A stretch of DNA of 64,000 bases from Candidatus Peribacteria bacterium RIFCSPHIGHO2_01_FULL_51_35 (GCA_001787535.1 MFXP01000015.1:22549-86548); one strand, 5' to 3'; shown: positions 29,061 through 38,789, counted from the first letter of the stretch. Numbers and translations: made by a program. Notes: generated from the sequence alone by a model not told the origin.

Positions 29061-29558
29061 TTACCGTAAACATTTTACGAGTTTATTCTTAATTTCACTT
29101 CGAACAATAACCCTATCTAAATACCAAGAAACCATGCTTCCATTTGGATCATCATCTTCCTCTAGTTCGAGTTGATCCTTCATTTCAAACGTTGCTTCCT
29201 CCAGCAAATCAGGAATTGCTGAAGGATTTTCTTCAAGATATTTTTCTATTGCACTATGAATAAAATTATCAACTCTGTCTCCCAAAGCCCCATCACTCAG
29301 CAGCGGTGGCATCCTTGGTAATTTGCCTTCGCCCGCAAGAAGGCTTTGGATCGAGACGGAGATGTCTCCCGCGGCCTTAAGAATATCTATGTCCTTATCA
29401 ACAGAAGATATTGCCCTTTCTGCCTCGTGGAATTGCCCCTTCGCTTCAAGCATTTCACCCCAACATAGTTTTATGAGAGCGATAGCTTGGTCCACCAAGC
29501 TTCTTGCAGAAGTTTTTGTCGCAAGAACGCCATTGATATGCTCCTGAAGATTCATCAT
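29061..29558 (-). CDS. Hypothetical protein, AT-rich
   Basis: 165-aa ORF from MMNLQEHING. Confidence 0.6.
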   Translation of the reverse strand: MMNLQEHINGVLATKTSARSLVDQAIALIKLCWGEMLEAKGQFHEAERAISSVDKDIDILKAAGDISVSIQSLLAGEGKLPRMPPLLSDGALGDRVDNFIHSAIEKYLEENPSAIPDLLEEATFEMKDQLELEEDDDPNGSMVSWYLDRVIVRSEIKNKLVKCLR

Positions 29559-29656
29559 ATTTATTATAATTAATATAACATAATTGTCAAATACAGATAT
29601 ATCTGGATTATACAACCCCTCGCAAAAAATATTTGAGAGCTTATACTTCATGGACC

Positions 29657-31411
29657 ATGCTTCGAACCCACACCTGCGGCGAACTTCGCGTCTCCCACGA
29701 TAAAAAGGAGGCAACACTCTGCGGCTGGGTGCATCGCCGCCGCGACCATGGCGGGCTGATCTTCATCGACCTTCGCGATCGTTATGGGCTGACGCAGATC
29801 GTCTTTCACCCGGAGCAGAAAGATCTTTTTGATGCAGCGGGAAAAATCCGCCCGGAGTGGGTGCTTCGCATCACGGGAACAGTGGCAAAGCGTTTGGAAG
29901 GAGCGGAGCGAGAGACGAATCCCACGGGACAGATCGAACTCCATGCAAAAGAATTGGATGTGCTGAATCAAGCAAAGACGCCGCCGTTCGAGATCGATTC
30001 CACAACGCCCGCAAACGAAGAACTGCGCCTGCAGTATCGCTATTTGGATATGCGCCGCGAGCAAATGCAGCGCAACATCGCATTGCGCTCGAAAGTCTTC
30101 CAAATCATCCGCAAATACTTTACGGAACAAGGTTGTTTGGAGATCGACACTCCATGTCTTATTAAAGGAACGCCGGAAGGCGCGCGTGAATACATCGTTC
30201 CATCACGGTTGTATCCCGGAAATTTCTTCGTGCTTCCGCAGAGTCCGCAGCAATTAAAACAGCTTTGCATGGTGGGAGGGCTGGACCGCTATTTCCAGAT
30301 TGCACGCTGCTTCCGTGATGAAGATTTGCGTGGTGATCGTCAGCCGGAATTCCTGCAGTTGGACTTCGAAATGAGTTTCGGCGAACAGGAAGACGTGCAG
30401 AAGATCATCCAAGGCTCCATCGAAGCGATTTTAAAAGAGTGCAGCACGAAGCCATTAAAAGGCGGGAAAGTCGGCAGCTACACGTGGCAGGAAGTAATGG
30501 ATATGTATGGCTCAGACAAGCCCGACCTGCGGTTTGATCTTCCGATTACGGATATTTCTTCTCTGTGCGAAGGATGCGGATTCAAAGTGTTTGAAGATGC
30601 GCTCAAGAACAAAGGCGTGGTCCGCGCACTCCGTGTACCGGGTGGCGCAGAACTCTCCCGCAGTGAAATTGATACGTGGACGGAGCTTGCGAAGGAATTG
30701 AAAGCGAAAGGACTCGCGTACATCCTCTTTAAAGAAGAAGGTGCGCACTCGCCACTGCTCAAATTCTTCTCGGAAGGATTTGTGGAGAAGTTGCAGAAAG
30801 CCACGGGCGCGAAAGCAGGGGATGCGGTCTTCTTTGGTGCTGACAAAGTGAAGATCGTCTGCGCATCGCTCGGGCGCATCCGCGCAGAGGCAGCAAAAAG
30901 ATTTAAGTTGATCGACACCAAGGTGCATTCGCTCTTCTGGGTGACCAATTTCCCCATGTTTGAAGAGCAAGATGACGGCTCGCTGACGTTCAGCCATCAC
31001 CCATTCACGAGTCCGAACCTTCAAGAATGGAAGAACAGGAAAGAGAATCCACTGAGCGTGCATTCTATCTGCTACGACCTTGTACTTGATGGGTATGAAC
31101 TTGGTTCCGGTTCCATCCGTATTCACGACCGCGCACTACAGCAAGAAGTCTTCGATATGCTCGGCATCAGCAAAGAAGATTCCGAGAAACGCTTCGGCCA
31201 CATGCTGCGCGCATTTGAATACGGCGCTCCGCCGCATGGCGGCTTCGCCTACGGCATCGACCGCATTGTGATGATCGTAGCCGGCGAACCGAACATCCGC
31301 GAAGTGACGCCCTTCCCGAAAGATCAAAAGGCAAAAGATTTGATGCTTGGTGCGCCTTCCCCCATGCCGGATGCGCAGATGAAGGAGTTGGGGATTAAGG
31401 TAGTGGGATAA
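29657..31411 (+). CDS. aspS: Aspartate--tRNA ligase (probably non-discriminating)
   Basis: RTHTCG, RRRDHGG, LPQSPQ, FRDEDLR, GAPPHGG; His in RDHGG. Confidence 0.97.
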   Translation: MLRTHTCGELRVSHDKKEATLCGWVHRRRDHGGLIFIDLRDRYGLTQIVFHPEQKDLFDAAGKIRPEWVLRITGTVAKRLEGAERETNPTGQIELHAKELDVLNQAKTPPFEIDSTTPANEELRLQYRYLDMRREQMQRNIALRSKVFQIIRKYFTEQGCLEIDTPCLIKGTPEGAREYIVPSRLYPGNFFVLPQSPQQLKQLCMVGGLDRYFQIARCFRDEDLRGDRQPEFLQLDFEMSFGEQEDVQKIIQGSIEAILKECSTKPLKGGKVGSYTWQEVMDMYGSDKPDLRFDLPITDISSLCEGCGFKVFEDALKNKGVVRALRVPGGAELSRSEIDTWTELAKELKAKGLAYILFKEEGAHSPLLKFFSEGFVEKLQKATGAKAGDAVFFGADKVKIVCASLGRIRAEAAKRFKLIDTKVHSLFWVTNFPMFEEQDDGSLTFSHHPFTSPNLQEWKNRKENPLSVHSICYDLVLDGYELGSGSIRIHDRALQQEVFDMLGISKEDSEKRFGHMLRAFEYGAPPHGGFAYGIDRIVMIVAGEPNIREVTPFPKDQKAKDLMLGAPSPMPDAQMKELGIKVVG

Positions 31412-31420
31412 GTTGTCTTC

Positions 31421-31906
31421 TTATTCAATCAACCCAGGCCTCAAAAATCCTGTAGATTGAAGGGTAAATATTGCGAGAAGCACAACAAAGAGAATAATTC
31501 GTGTCCTATCTCTCTTTTCAGCCGGGATTCTATCCATAAACGAGAATAACAAAGCTATTAAGGCATAACAAAGAAGCTCAATGCCTCCAAAAATTATCAT
31601 GCCCAATGATCCCCAAGATCCATCACCTAATGCAAAAAACATAACAACCCTAATAACTATAAGTGCTGCAATTGCAATAAAGACGTACAGCCGCTTCTTA
31701 TCCGGCGGGAATGAACTATGATGCAACGCCGAAAGAATGATGATGCCTAATGTAAGTGGCGCAAAGCCGTCAGGAGAAACCAGTAACACCAATACTTGCT
31801 TGAGCTCATTCAAACCTCCTCCGTAACCAAGAAGAAATTGAAACAGCACAAGAGGCAATAAAAGAAGTATGATGGCTGTTAAAAATGTCCTTGCAATGAT
31901 TTGCAT
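31421..31906 (-). CDS. Hypothetical membrane protein
   Basis: 161 aa with about five hydrophobic segments. Confidence 0.7.
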   Translation of the reverse strand: MQIIARTFLTAIILLLLPLVLFQFLLGYGGGLNELKQVLVLLVSPDGFAPLTLGIIILSALHHSSFPPDKKRLYVFIAIAALIVIRVVMFFALGDGSWGSLGMIIFGGIELLCYALIALLFSFMDRIPAEKRDRTRIILFVVLLAIFTLQSTGFLRPGLIE

Positions 31907-31952
31907 AGTGCAATCTTAGAGGACATTTCGTCTAGATCAATTGCAGCCTCTT

Positions 31953-32009
31953 AATGGTGCCCAGGAGAGGACCCTTCCTCGCTTCGCTCGTCAGGGCAGG
32001 CTTGAACCT
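31953..32009 (-). repeat. Duplicated 3' end of tRNA-Leu interrupted by a 29-nt REP
   Basis: 31953-31972 identical to 32286-32305; CTTGAACCT resumes at 32001. Confidence 0.9.
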
Positions 32010-32248
32010 TCACTTTTCCATAGGCGCTCTTTCTTCTCTCGTCTCCATCCTTTGATTTCTTTTTCACGTTTTCGAGCTGAAACTCGATCGAGCCGAGGCT
32101 CCGACCAAATCAAGTGTTTCATGGGAATCTTCTTTGTGTGACTGCATGCAATTCCGGCAATGTGTTCGGAAAGACGTCTTTGAAGATTATCAGTATGCCC
32201 TACATAATAGGATCCATCTGCCAACTCTAGAATATAAACATGGAACAT
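31991..32248 (-). CDS. GIY-YIG nuclease family protein
   Basis: VYILELADGSYYVGHTDNLQRRL..ARKREKEIKGWRREKK. Confidence 0.92.
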   Translation of the reverse strand: MFHVYILELADGSYYVGHTDNLQRRLSEHIAGIACSHTKKIPMKHLIWSEPRLDRVSARKREKEIKGWRREKKERLWKSEGSSLP

Positions 32249-32287
32249 GGCTTGCCATGAGGAGGCCGCGTTGTCGCGGCCGACGAA

Positions 32288-32373
32288 TGGTGCCCAGGAG
32301 AGGACTTGAACCTCCAAGGGATTGCTCCCACCAGCTCCTAAGGCTGGCGTGTCTGCCATTTCACCACCTGGGC
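32288..32373 (-). tRNA. tRNA-Leu(TAG)
   Basis: GCCCAGG..CCTGGGC-ACCA, anticodon loop CT-TAG-GA, long variable arm. Confidence 0.96.
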
Positions 32374-32470
32374 ATGCCGAGAGAATAGCACTATGCCCGT
32401 AGTAGCTCCTGTTTTTCGCCGCTCAAATCCATGAATATCACCGTGCCCATGAACACTGAGTTTGCTTGCA

Positions 32471-32986
32471 TCATGCGACTTGGCGAGCAGCCGTATTCCC
32501 GCGTCCTGCATCCGGGCTTTCGGCTGCAATTTGATCTTTGCGTTCCACTTCATTCTCCGCCGTTTCCGCTTTGCTTTCTGCTTTTGCATTCACTGCAACG
32601 GATTCAACGGTGGGCTGAGGAGCATCGGGTTTTGTATGAGCATCCGGACCCAGCATGCCGACGACCGTCGCATCTTTTGCTGCATTCATATCAGTATCGA
32701 TATGAGCCAATCTTTTTGCTTTGTCATCAGTTTCCTTATTCGTGTCATCAAATTCCATTCGCATGCGCTCTGCTCTCTGCTGTCTTTCCAACGCTTGACC
32801 CTTTGCATGTTTCAAAAGCGCATCCGGCGACTCGTCTTTTTCTTTTTGTTCCGTCTTTTTTTCCTCCGTCATATTCTTCTCTTCTTTCTTCTCGATTTTT
32901 GTCAGTGGATCCTGCCCCGGCACTTCAATGAAGTGAAGAAGGCGATGCTCACCGAGATCATTGAAGTAATTTTGAAACAACATCAT
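32471..32986 (-). CDS. Hypothetical charged/disordered protein
   Basis: 171-aa E/K-rich ORF, overlaps upstream ORF. Confidence 0.7.
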   Translation of the reverse strand: MMLFQNYFNDLGEHRLLHFIEVPGQDPLTKIEKKEEKNMTEEKKTEQKEKDESPDALLKHAKGQALERQQRAERMRMEFDDTNKETDDKAKRLAHIDTDMNAAKDATVVGMLGPDAHTKPDAPQPTVESVAVNAKAESKAETAENEVERKDQIAAESPDAGRGNTAARQVA

Positions 32987-33333
32987 GCGGAGGGAAACAT
33001 GGCTTGATGCAAAGAATTTAAGATGCCGCCTTCCTGCTCACGATTTTCAACCTCTGCCTGCACAAACGATTGCCTGCGATAACGATGTGCCTGGGCATGG
33101 AGAGTCTCCACGTAGTCGGCATAGGCTTGATCGTAGCGCTCGAATGCAAGATCGTAACGCTGCTTGCGTACGGCGGTTTGCTCCGGTGTTTCGCCTGCAT
33201 ATTTTTGTTCAAGCATTTTTAAAGATTCCGTCGTCAGATCCGGTTCTATATGACCCATGAGAGAGTCATAGAGTTCCTGTCCCGTCGGAATGACGGGACG
33301 AGCGGGGTTTTGAAGATTTTGTTGGTTTTGCAT
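32983..33333 (-). CDS. Hypothetical protein
   Basis: 116-aa helical ORF. Confidence 0.75.
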   Translation of the reverse strand: MQNQQNLQNPARPVIPTGQELYDSLMGHIEPDLTTESLKMLEQKYAGETPEQTAVRKQRYDLAFERYDQAYADYVETLHAQAHRYRRQSFVQAEVENREQEGGILNSLHQAMFPSA

Positions 33334-33408
33334 TTCTCTTGATTATAGCAGAAATGGCGTTTAAATGCAATATACGACGAATGTGGGTGTGGGCTGTTCG
33401 CTGTGAAT

Positions 33409-33965
33409 AACCTCACCCCCGGCCCCTCTCCTACCTGCCAATTCCATCATACAAAAACACACTGCCGACCAGGAGAGGGGTGAGTGCTGTATGCTATTTT
33501 CTTATGGTCTACGTAGAATCTCCGGCCAAACGCAGATGGCGAAAAATGATCTACGCACGATTGCTGCGCAGGCGCATGACCGAAGCAGAGGCATTCCTTT
33601 GGAAAGCATTGCGATCCAGGCGGTTTGCTCACCTAAAATTTCGACGGCAGGTTCCCATCGATGTCTATATCGTCGATTTTCTATGTTGGGAATACCAATT
33701 AATTCTGGAAATTGATGGAGGCATTCACTTGTCCCAAAAAGACCGTGACCTCTTCCGTGAAGATGAGCTCGAAAAGCGAGGATTCACCATCTTACGTTTT
33801 ACAAATGAAGAAGTTCTCTCTCATCTCCATGGAGTTCTGACGACAATTGAAAATGTGATCAAACAAAAACACCAACATCCCCCTCTCCGGGTAAGCGAAG
33901 AGACCTTGTGAAATAAAGAGGTCGGTCGGAGATGGGTGCCCCGCGAAGCGGGGCGGGGTGAGGTT
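33409..33965. mobile_element. Putative DUF559 mini-element bounded by inverted repeats
   Basis: AACCTCACCCC (33409-33419) / GGGGTGAGGTT (33955-33965) plus CCCCTCTCC..GGAGAGGGG hairpins. Confidence 0.6.
33480..33911 (+). CDS. DUF559 (Vsr-like) endonuclease; start uncertain
   Basis: ARLLRRRMTEAEAFLW, KFRRQVPI..YIVDF, EIDGGIH, ILRFTN. Confidence 0.9.
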   Translation: MSAVCYFLMVYVESPAKRRWRKMIYARLLRRRMTEAEAFLWKALRSRRFAHLKFRRQVPIDVYIVDFLCWEYQLILEIDGGIHLSQKDRDLFREDELEKRGFTILRFTNEEVLSHLHGVLTTIENVIKQKHQHPPLRVSEETL

Positions 33966-33976
33966 CAAACAAAACC

Positions 33977-36900
33977 TCACTCCTTCGCCTCCTCTTTTTT
34001 CTTCTCCGCCTTCTTCCGCTCCAGTCTCTTCACTTCCTCCGTCAGCGCATCCATCCACTTGCCGTCCTTTGCGAGCCTGTGCAATTCCGATTCCGCAATC
34101 CTCAATGTCGATCCGCTGATGCGCCAGCTTGCATTTTTCGCAAGCAGCTGCATGATTTCCTTTGCCGTCACGCGCCCGCCCAAGCTCAGCACAATGTCAT
34201 CATCTTCCATTTTGATGCGCTGCACGCCCGCGCGGCGACACGCGAGTTTGAGACGAAGAATGGCAAAGAGGTTCACGACTTCTTTCGGCAGTTCGCCGTA
34301 TTCGGAGTGAAGATCGGTTTCAAACTCCGCGAGGATCGCCTCATCTTCACTGCCAGCAAGTTTCTGGTACACGGAAATCTTTTCCTGTTCGTCGGGAATG
34401 TAAAAGGATGGAATGAGCGCTTCGATGGGGAGCTGAATTTCCACCGTCACTTCTTCCTCGATGGCTTCTTTTCCACCAGCCGCCAGTTCATCCACTGCGT
34501 GCTTGAGCATGCGCAGGTAATGGCTGACACCCACGGTTTGCATCGTGCCCGATTGCGAGGCTCCCAGGATTTCACCTGCGCCGCGGATCTCCAGATCGCG
34601 CATAGCCACTTGAAAGCCGCTGCCGAGCTCGCAGGCCTCGACGATGGCGCGCAGACGCTTCTTGGCATCGTCCTTGAGTTTCTGCGTGTGGTAGAGGAAA
34701 TACGCGTACGCCTGCACTTTGCTGCGTCCCACACGTCCGCGAAGCTGGTAGAGCTGCGCAAGACCGAATTTCTCGGCTTCATTCACGATCAATGTGTTTG
34801 CGCGCGGAAGGTCGATACCGTTTTCAATGATCGTGGAGCTGACGAGCACATCATATTTTCCTTCTTTGAATCCCATGATGCGCTCTTCCAACGCTTCCGG
34901 TGTCAATTGCCCGTGTCCGACGACGAATGTTGCGCCGGGAACGAGAGATCGTAATTTATCGGCGAAGGCATCGATGGTTTCCACGCGATTGTGAAGCACA
35001 AAACACTGTCCGCCGCGTTTGATCTCTGCGAGGATCGCCTGTTTTGTGAGTTCATCGGAATATTTGCGGACTTCCGTGATGATCGGGAGCCTGCCCGGCG
35101 GGGGGGTGGTGATGGCTGTGATGTCCCTGAGTTTATGCAGACCGAGATTGAGCGTGCGCGGAATGGGAGTCGCCGTGAGCGTGAGAATGTCCACGGATGC
35201 GCGCATCGCCTTGAATTTTTCTTTTTGTTTGACGCCGAAGCGTTGCTCTTCATCGACAATCACGAGTCCCAGATTCAAGAACTTGACGTCGTCCTGCAGC
35301 AACCGATGCGTGCCAATGACGATGTCCACGTCTCCTTTGCGGAGTTTCTCCAGCGTCACCTTCTGCTCCTTCTGCGAGCGGAACCGCGACAGCATGTCGA
35401 TCTTCAGATTGAATCCCTTCATACGATCTTCAAAATTGCGGAAGTGTTGATCCGCCAAGATGGTGATGGGCGCAACGACCGCCACTTGCTTCCCCGCCTT
35501 CGCCGCTTTGAACGCCGCACGCATCGCCACTTCTGTTTTGCCGAATCCGACATCACCGCAAATGAGCCTGTCCATGGGGTGCCCGCTTTCCATATCGGAT
35601 TTGATATCTTCGATTGCTTTGATCTGCCCGGGTGTTTCCTGGTACGGGAATTTTGCTTCGAACTCCTGCTGCTCTTTCGTGTCTTCGCCAAACGAATGTC
35701 CTTTGGCTTTGGCGCGTTTGGCGTAGAGATCGAGCAACTCTCGTGCCATTTCTTTGGTTTCCAGACGCATCTTCTCGGACACGCGCTTCCATTCCACGGC
35801 TCCCAGACGGGTGAGAACCGGCTCCTGGCCTTCTTCGTGCACGAACTTGCTGAGTTTGTCCGCCTGATCGACGGGAACGAATAATTTATCGCCCCCTGCG
35901 TACGTCAGTTCCAGGTATTCGCGTGCAACATTGTCGATCTCTTTCTGTGTCATCCCTTCAAAATGTCCGATACCATGATCCATGTGCACGACGTAGTCGC
36001 CCTGCTGGAGTGATGTGATGAAATCGAGTGCAAGTTTTTGGACACTGCGTTGCTTCATTGCTTTTTTGAGTGTGAAGATTTCACGATCGGTCAAAAGCGC
36101 GCACTGGAGATCCGGATTCTGCAATGAGTGGGGGAGATGATCGTCCTCGGCGGCTGCAAAAATCGTGACGGAACCCGGGCGCTGCGTATCGCCCGAGGAA
36201 TGTGCGATACGCTCCTCCGTCAAAATCTGTTCCAGTTCCTCCGCACGCTTTGTCACGACAAGCAGCGTCCATTTTTGCTGTAATTTGTCGCGCACATCGT
36301 TCAGGAAATCCGTGAGTGTGTAGAACTTGAGCACAGAGAGATACCGAAGATGCGCATGATGCTTCTGGGATTCCGGAAAGGCTGTGAATGTCAGTGTTGT
36401 GGCTCCCGTTGGCCGTGGCTCATCCTGCTGATCATCCAACACAAGCAGTGTTTTTGAAGGAAATTGATCCGCAAGCAACTCAGCATTTGCATATCGAACA
36501 GGGAAGATGACAAGTTCTGTTCCGGCATCCTCTGTTTTGGAAAGATCATGGGAATCAACGGCCAGAATTTGCTCAACTGTATCGAAATGGAAAATAATGC
36601 GGTACGGATGCGGCGATTGGATGGGGTAAATATCCAAGACATCGCCGATGCGCCTGTACTCCCCGGGGCGAAGATAGATATCATCGCCGTGGCTGTACCC
36701 GCGTTCGATGAAGAGTTCGACGGTCTCCGTGAAATTCACCTTCTTTCCTCTCAGGAGCAGAATGCTTTTCTGGAGTAACTCTTCATACCGAGGAAATGCG
36801 GTGTTCCACGTATCGCTCGTTGCAACGAAGATCGTTTCCTCTGCGTTATCCTCTCGCTTCCGATCCATAAAAAGCAGATAGGTCTGCAACTGCTCGGGGG

Positions 36901-37165
36901 AGAGTTCTCCTTTTTCATTCTCGATGGGCGCAAGCTCCTTCACATCACACTCGAAAAAGTGAAGCCACTGGCGCAGCCCTTCACTGCTCGCTTCGTTCTC
37001 CGTCACCAGCAGTGTGCGTTCCGGATAAAACGAGAGGAGATGTGAAAGAAGCAGCGCTTTTGCGGTTTCATTGGATGCGCCCGATATCACCAAATCCCCG
37101 CTCTTTTGGAGCAGATCGGCAAGTTCACGGTGCGTGTTCCTTCCCAGAAGGAGAGAGGGGATCAT
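33977..37165 (-). CDS. mfd: Transcription-repair coupling factor
   Basis: GDYVVHMDHGIG, CGDVGFGKTEVA, DEEQRFG, YQLRGRVGR, TRCF C-terminus. Confidence 0.97.
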   Translation of the reverse strand: MIPSLLLGRNTHRELADLLQKSGDLVISGASNETAKALLLSHLLSFYPERTLLVTENEASSEGLRQWLHFFECDVKELAPIENEKGELSPEQLQTYLLFMDRKREDNAEETIFVATSDTWNTAFPRYEELLQKSILLLRGKKVNFTETVELFIERGYSHGDDIYLRPGEYRRIGDVLDIYPIQSPHPYRIIFHFDTVEQILAVDSHDLSKTEDAGTELVIFPVRYANAELLADQFPSKTLLVLDDQQDEPRPTGATTLTFTAFPESQKHHAHLRYLSVLKFYTLTDFLNDVRDKLQQKWTLLVVTKRAEELEQILTEERIAHSSGDTQRPGSVTIFAAAEDDHLPHSLQNPDLQCALLTDREIFTLKKAMKQRSVQKLALDFITSLQQGDYVVHMDHGIGHFEGMTQKEIDNVAREYLELTYAGGDKLFVPVDQADKLSKFVHEEGQEPVLTRLGAVEWKRVSEKMRLETKEMARELLDLYAKRAKAKGHSFGEDTKEQQEFEAKFPYQETPGQIKAIEDIKSDMESGHPMDRLICGDVGFGKTEVAMRAAFKAAKAGKQVAVVAPITILADQHFRNFEDRMKGFNLKIDMLSRFRSQKEQKVTLEKLRKGDVDIVIGTHRLLQDDVKFLNLGLVIVDEEQRFGVKQKEKFKAMRASVDILTLTATPIPRTLNLGLHKLRDITAITTPPPGRLPIITEVRKYSDELTKQAILAEIKRGGQCFVLHNRVETIDAFADKLRSLVPGATFVVGHGQLTPEALEERIMGFKEGKYDVLVSSTIIENGIDLPRANTLIVNEAEKFGLAQLYQLRGRVGRSKVQAYAYFLYHTQKLKDDAKKRLRAIVEACELGSGFQVAMRDLEIRGAGEILGASQSGTMQTVGVSHYLRMLKHAVDELAAGGKEAIEEEVTVEIQLPIEALIPSFYIPDEQEKISVYQKLAGSEDEAILAEFETDLHSEYGELPKEVVNLFAILRLKLACRRAGVQRIKMEDDDIVLSLGGRVTAKEIMQLLAKNASWRISGSTLRIAESELHRLAKDGKWMDALTEEVKRLERKKAEKKKEEAKE

Positions 37166-37614
37166 AAAGAAGTAAGACTCAAGACATAAGACTTAAGTTT
37201 TGTTTGTGAGTTTTTTGTAAAATGCATACAGCATACGATCGAGTTCAATGATTTTTTCAAGCACAAGCTTTATCTGCTCCTGAGAAATAAATCCTAGATC
37301 ATGAGCGGCAAGCATCTGTGTATGCAATTCCGCCAAAGACCCTTTTGCCATTAAAATAAAATTTGCAAATTCCTTTTCCGATGTTCGCTGGCTCCCCTCG
37401 GCAATATTCGACGGGATAGATATAGCAGAACGCCGTGACTGCGACGTGAGTCCGTATATTTCTTCTTTGGGAAAGGATTTGGTGACTACGTAAACCAACT
37501 TCACCAAGTCCATACCCTTTTGCCAAATTAATAACTTCTGAAAAGGCATCCCTATCATTTTTTCAACTTGAGCTGCGAGGTTGCTTACATCTTACATCTT
37601 ATGTCTTACGTCTG
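37166..37614. mobile_element. Four-helix-bundle cassette flanked by inverted heptamer arrays
   Basis: Left arm 37166-37197 (AAGACAT-like x4), right arm 37583-37614 (ATGTCTT-like x4). Confidence 0.65.
37193..37558 (-). CDS. Four helix bundle protein (23S rRNA IVP / Avd-like family)
   Basis: FQKLLIWQK, FPKEEIYGLTSQSRRSAISIPSNIAEG, AKGSLAEL. Confidence 0.95.
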   Translation of the reverse strand: MIGMPFQKLLIWQKGMDLVKLVYVVTKSFPKEEIYGLTSQSRRSAISIPSNIAEGSQRTSEKEFANFILMAKGSLAELHTQMLAAHDLGFISQEQIKLVLEKIIELDRMLYAFYKKLTNKT

Positions 37615-37618
37615 CCAG

Positions 37619-38788
37619 TCATTCTTCCTGCATCCGCAAGGGCATGATCAGATGCAAGCAGTGCGGCGTTTGCGGTGCCACGAAGACGGCGGGGTGCACG
37701 CTGTCCACAATGCGCATCTCCACATTGCTGTCGCCGGTGTGTCCCAGGAAGTCCAAGAGGTAGGATGAGCTGAGCGCGATCTTATTGTCGTCACCTGACT
37801 TTTCCACCACCAAGCTTGCTTCGTCGCGCCCAGCCTGTGTCTGGGGCGTCATGACCCGTGCCTCGCCTTTGGCGATATGGAACGTGAGGTTATTATTCAT
37901 CTCCTTTGCAAAGTAATGCATGCGGCGTGTGGCGACGAGAAGCTCGTGTGTGGAAAAGAGGACTTTCGTCTTCGTATCCTTCGGAATGATCTGTTCGTAA
38001 TCCGGAAATTTGCCATCGATCAAGCGGGAAAGCAGCCGTGTGGATCCTATTTGGAATTCGATCTGCTGCTTGCTCATGGTTGCCTCCACTTTGAGTGCAG
38101 ATTCTTTGATGACATCCTTCTCCTTCTTGTCCTCTTTCCCCTCAGACTTCTTCTCCCCCTTGCGCGCACCCAAGATGATCTTCAATTCCTCCAGAATTTT
38201 TGTAGGAATGATGCACGAAAGATCCGAGGCTCCTCCCTGCAGCGGCATCTTGTATTCTGAGAGGCGATAGCTGTCTGTCGCCACCAGGATCAATTTTCCC
38301 TTCTCTGTGCGGAAATACACGCCGGAGAGCACGGGACGCAGTGTGGTCTTTGTGGATGCAAAGGTGACCATGTGCAGCGCATGGAGGAGGGGGTCTGCTT
38401 CCAAGGTGAAGGATGTTTGCTTTTCCACAGTGGAGATAGTGGGATATTCCGATGCCGCCTCGCCGGCAATCAGTGTTTTTGCGTGTTTGGAAGTGCACTT
38501 GAGCTGTGTTCCTTCACTGGTTTCCAAAAGCACCTCCGCATCGTTGTTATATTGAGCAAAGTTTACAATAGCTTTTGCTGGAATAGTGATCGATCCTTCA
38601 TTTTCAATATTCGCCTCAAAACTTGTGATAATACTCAATTCCAAATCCGTCGCACTCACGGTGCAACGCTTTCCTTCCACTTTCATAAGAATGTTTCCCA
38701 AAATCGGCAACGCCTGCTGTGTTCCAATCGCTCTACTTACCAAATGTAATGCCTGTAGAAGATCACCTGTGTTGCAAGAAAATTTCAT
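37619..38788 (-). CDS. dnaN: DNA polymerase III beta clamp
   Basis: LPILGN, SATDLE, RPVLSGV, ATDSYRL, SRLIDGKFPDY, LIMPLR. Confidence 0.97.
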   Translation of the reverse strand: MKFSCNTGDLLQALHLVSRAIGTQQALPILGNILMKVEGKRCTVSATDLELSIITSFEANIENEGSITIPAKAIVNFAQYNNDAEVLLETSEGTQLKCTSKHAKTLIAGEAASEYPTISTVEKQTSFTLEADPLLHALHMVTFASTKTTLRPVLSGVYFRTEKGKLILVATDSYRLSEYKMPLQGGASDLSCIIPTKILEELKIILGARKGEKKSEGKEDKKEKDVIKESALKVEATMSKQQIEFQIGSTRLLSRLIDGKFPDYEQIIPKDTKTKVLFSTHELLVATRRMHYFAKEMNNNLTFHIAKGEARVMTPQTQAGRDEASLVVEKSGDDNKIALSSSYLLDFLGHTGDSNVEMRIVDSVHPAVFVAPQTPHCLHLIMPLRMQEE

Positions 38789-38789
38789 G

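Noticed and set aside
32249..32359. 37-aa N-terminal extension of GIY-YIG
   Set aside because: Translates the tRNA-Leu gene; real start is MFHVYIL at 32248.
37193..37558. Diversity-generating retroelement or 23S rRNA intervening sequence
   Set aside because: No reverse transcriptase, TR/VR pair or rRNA sequence seen in the window.
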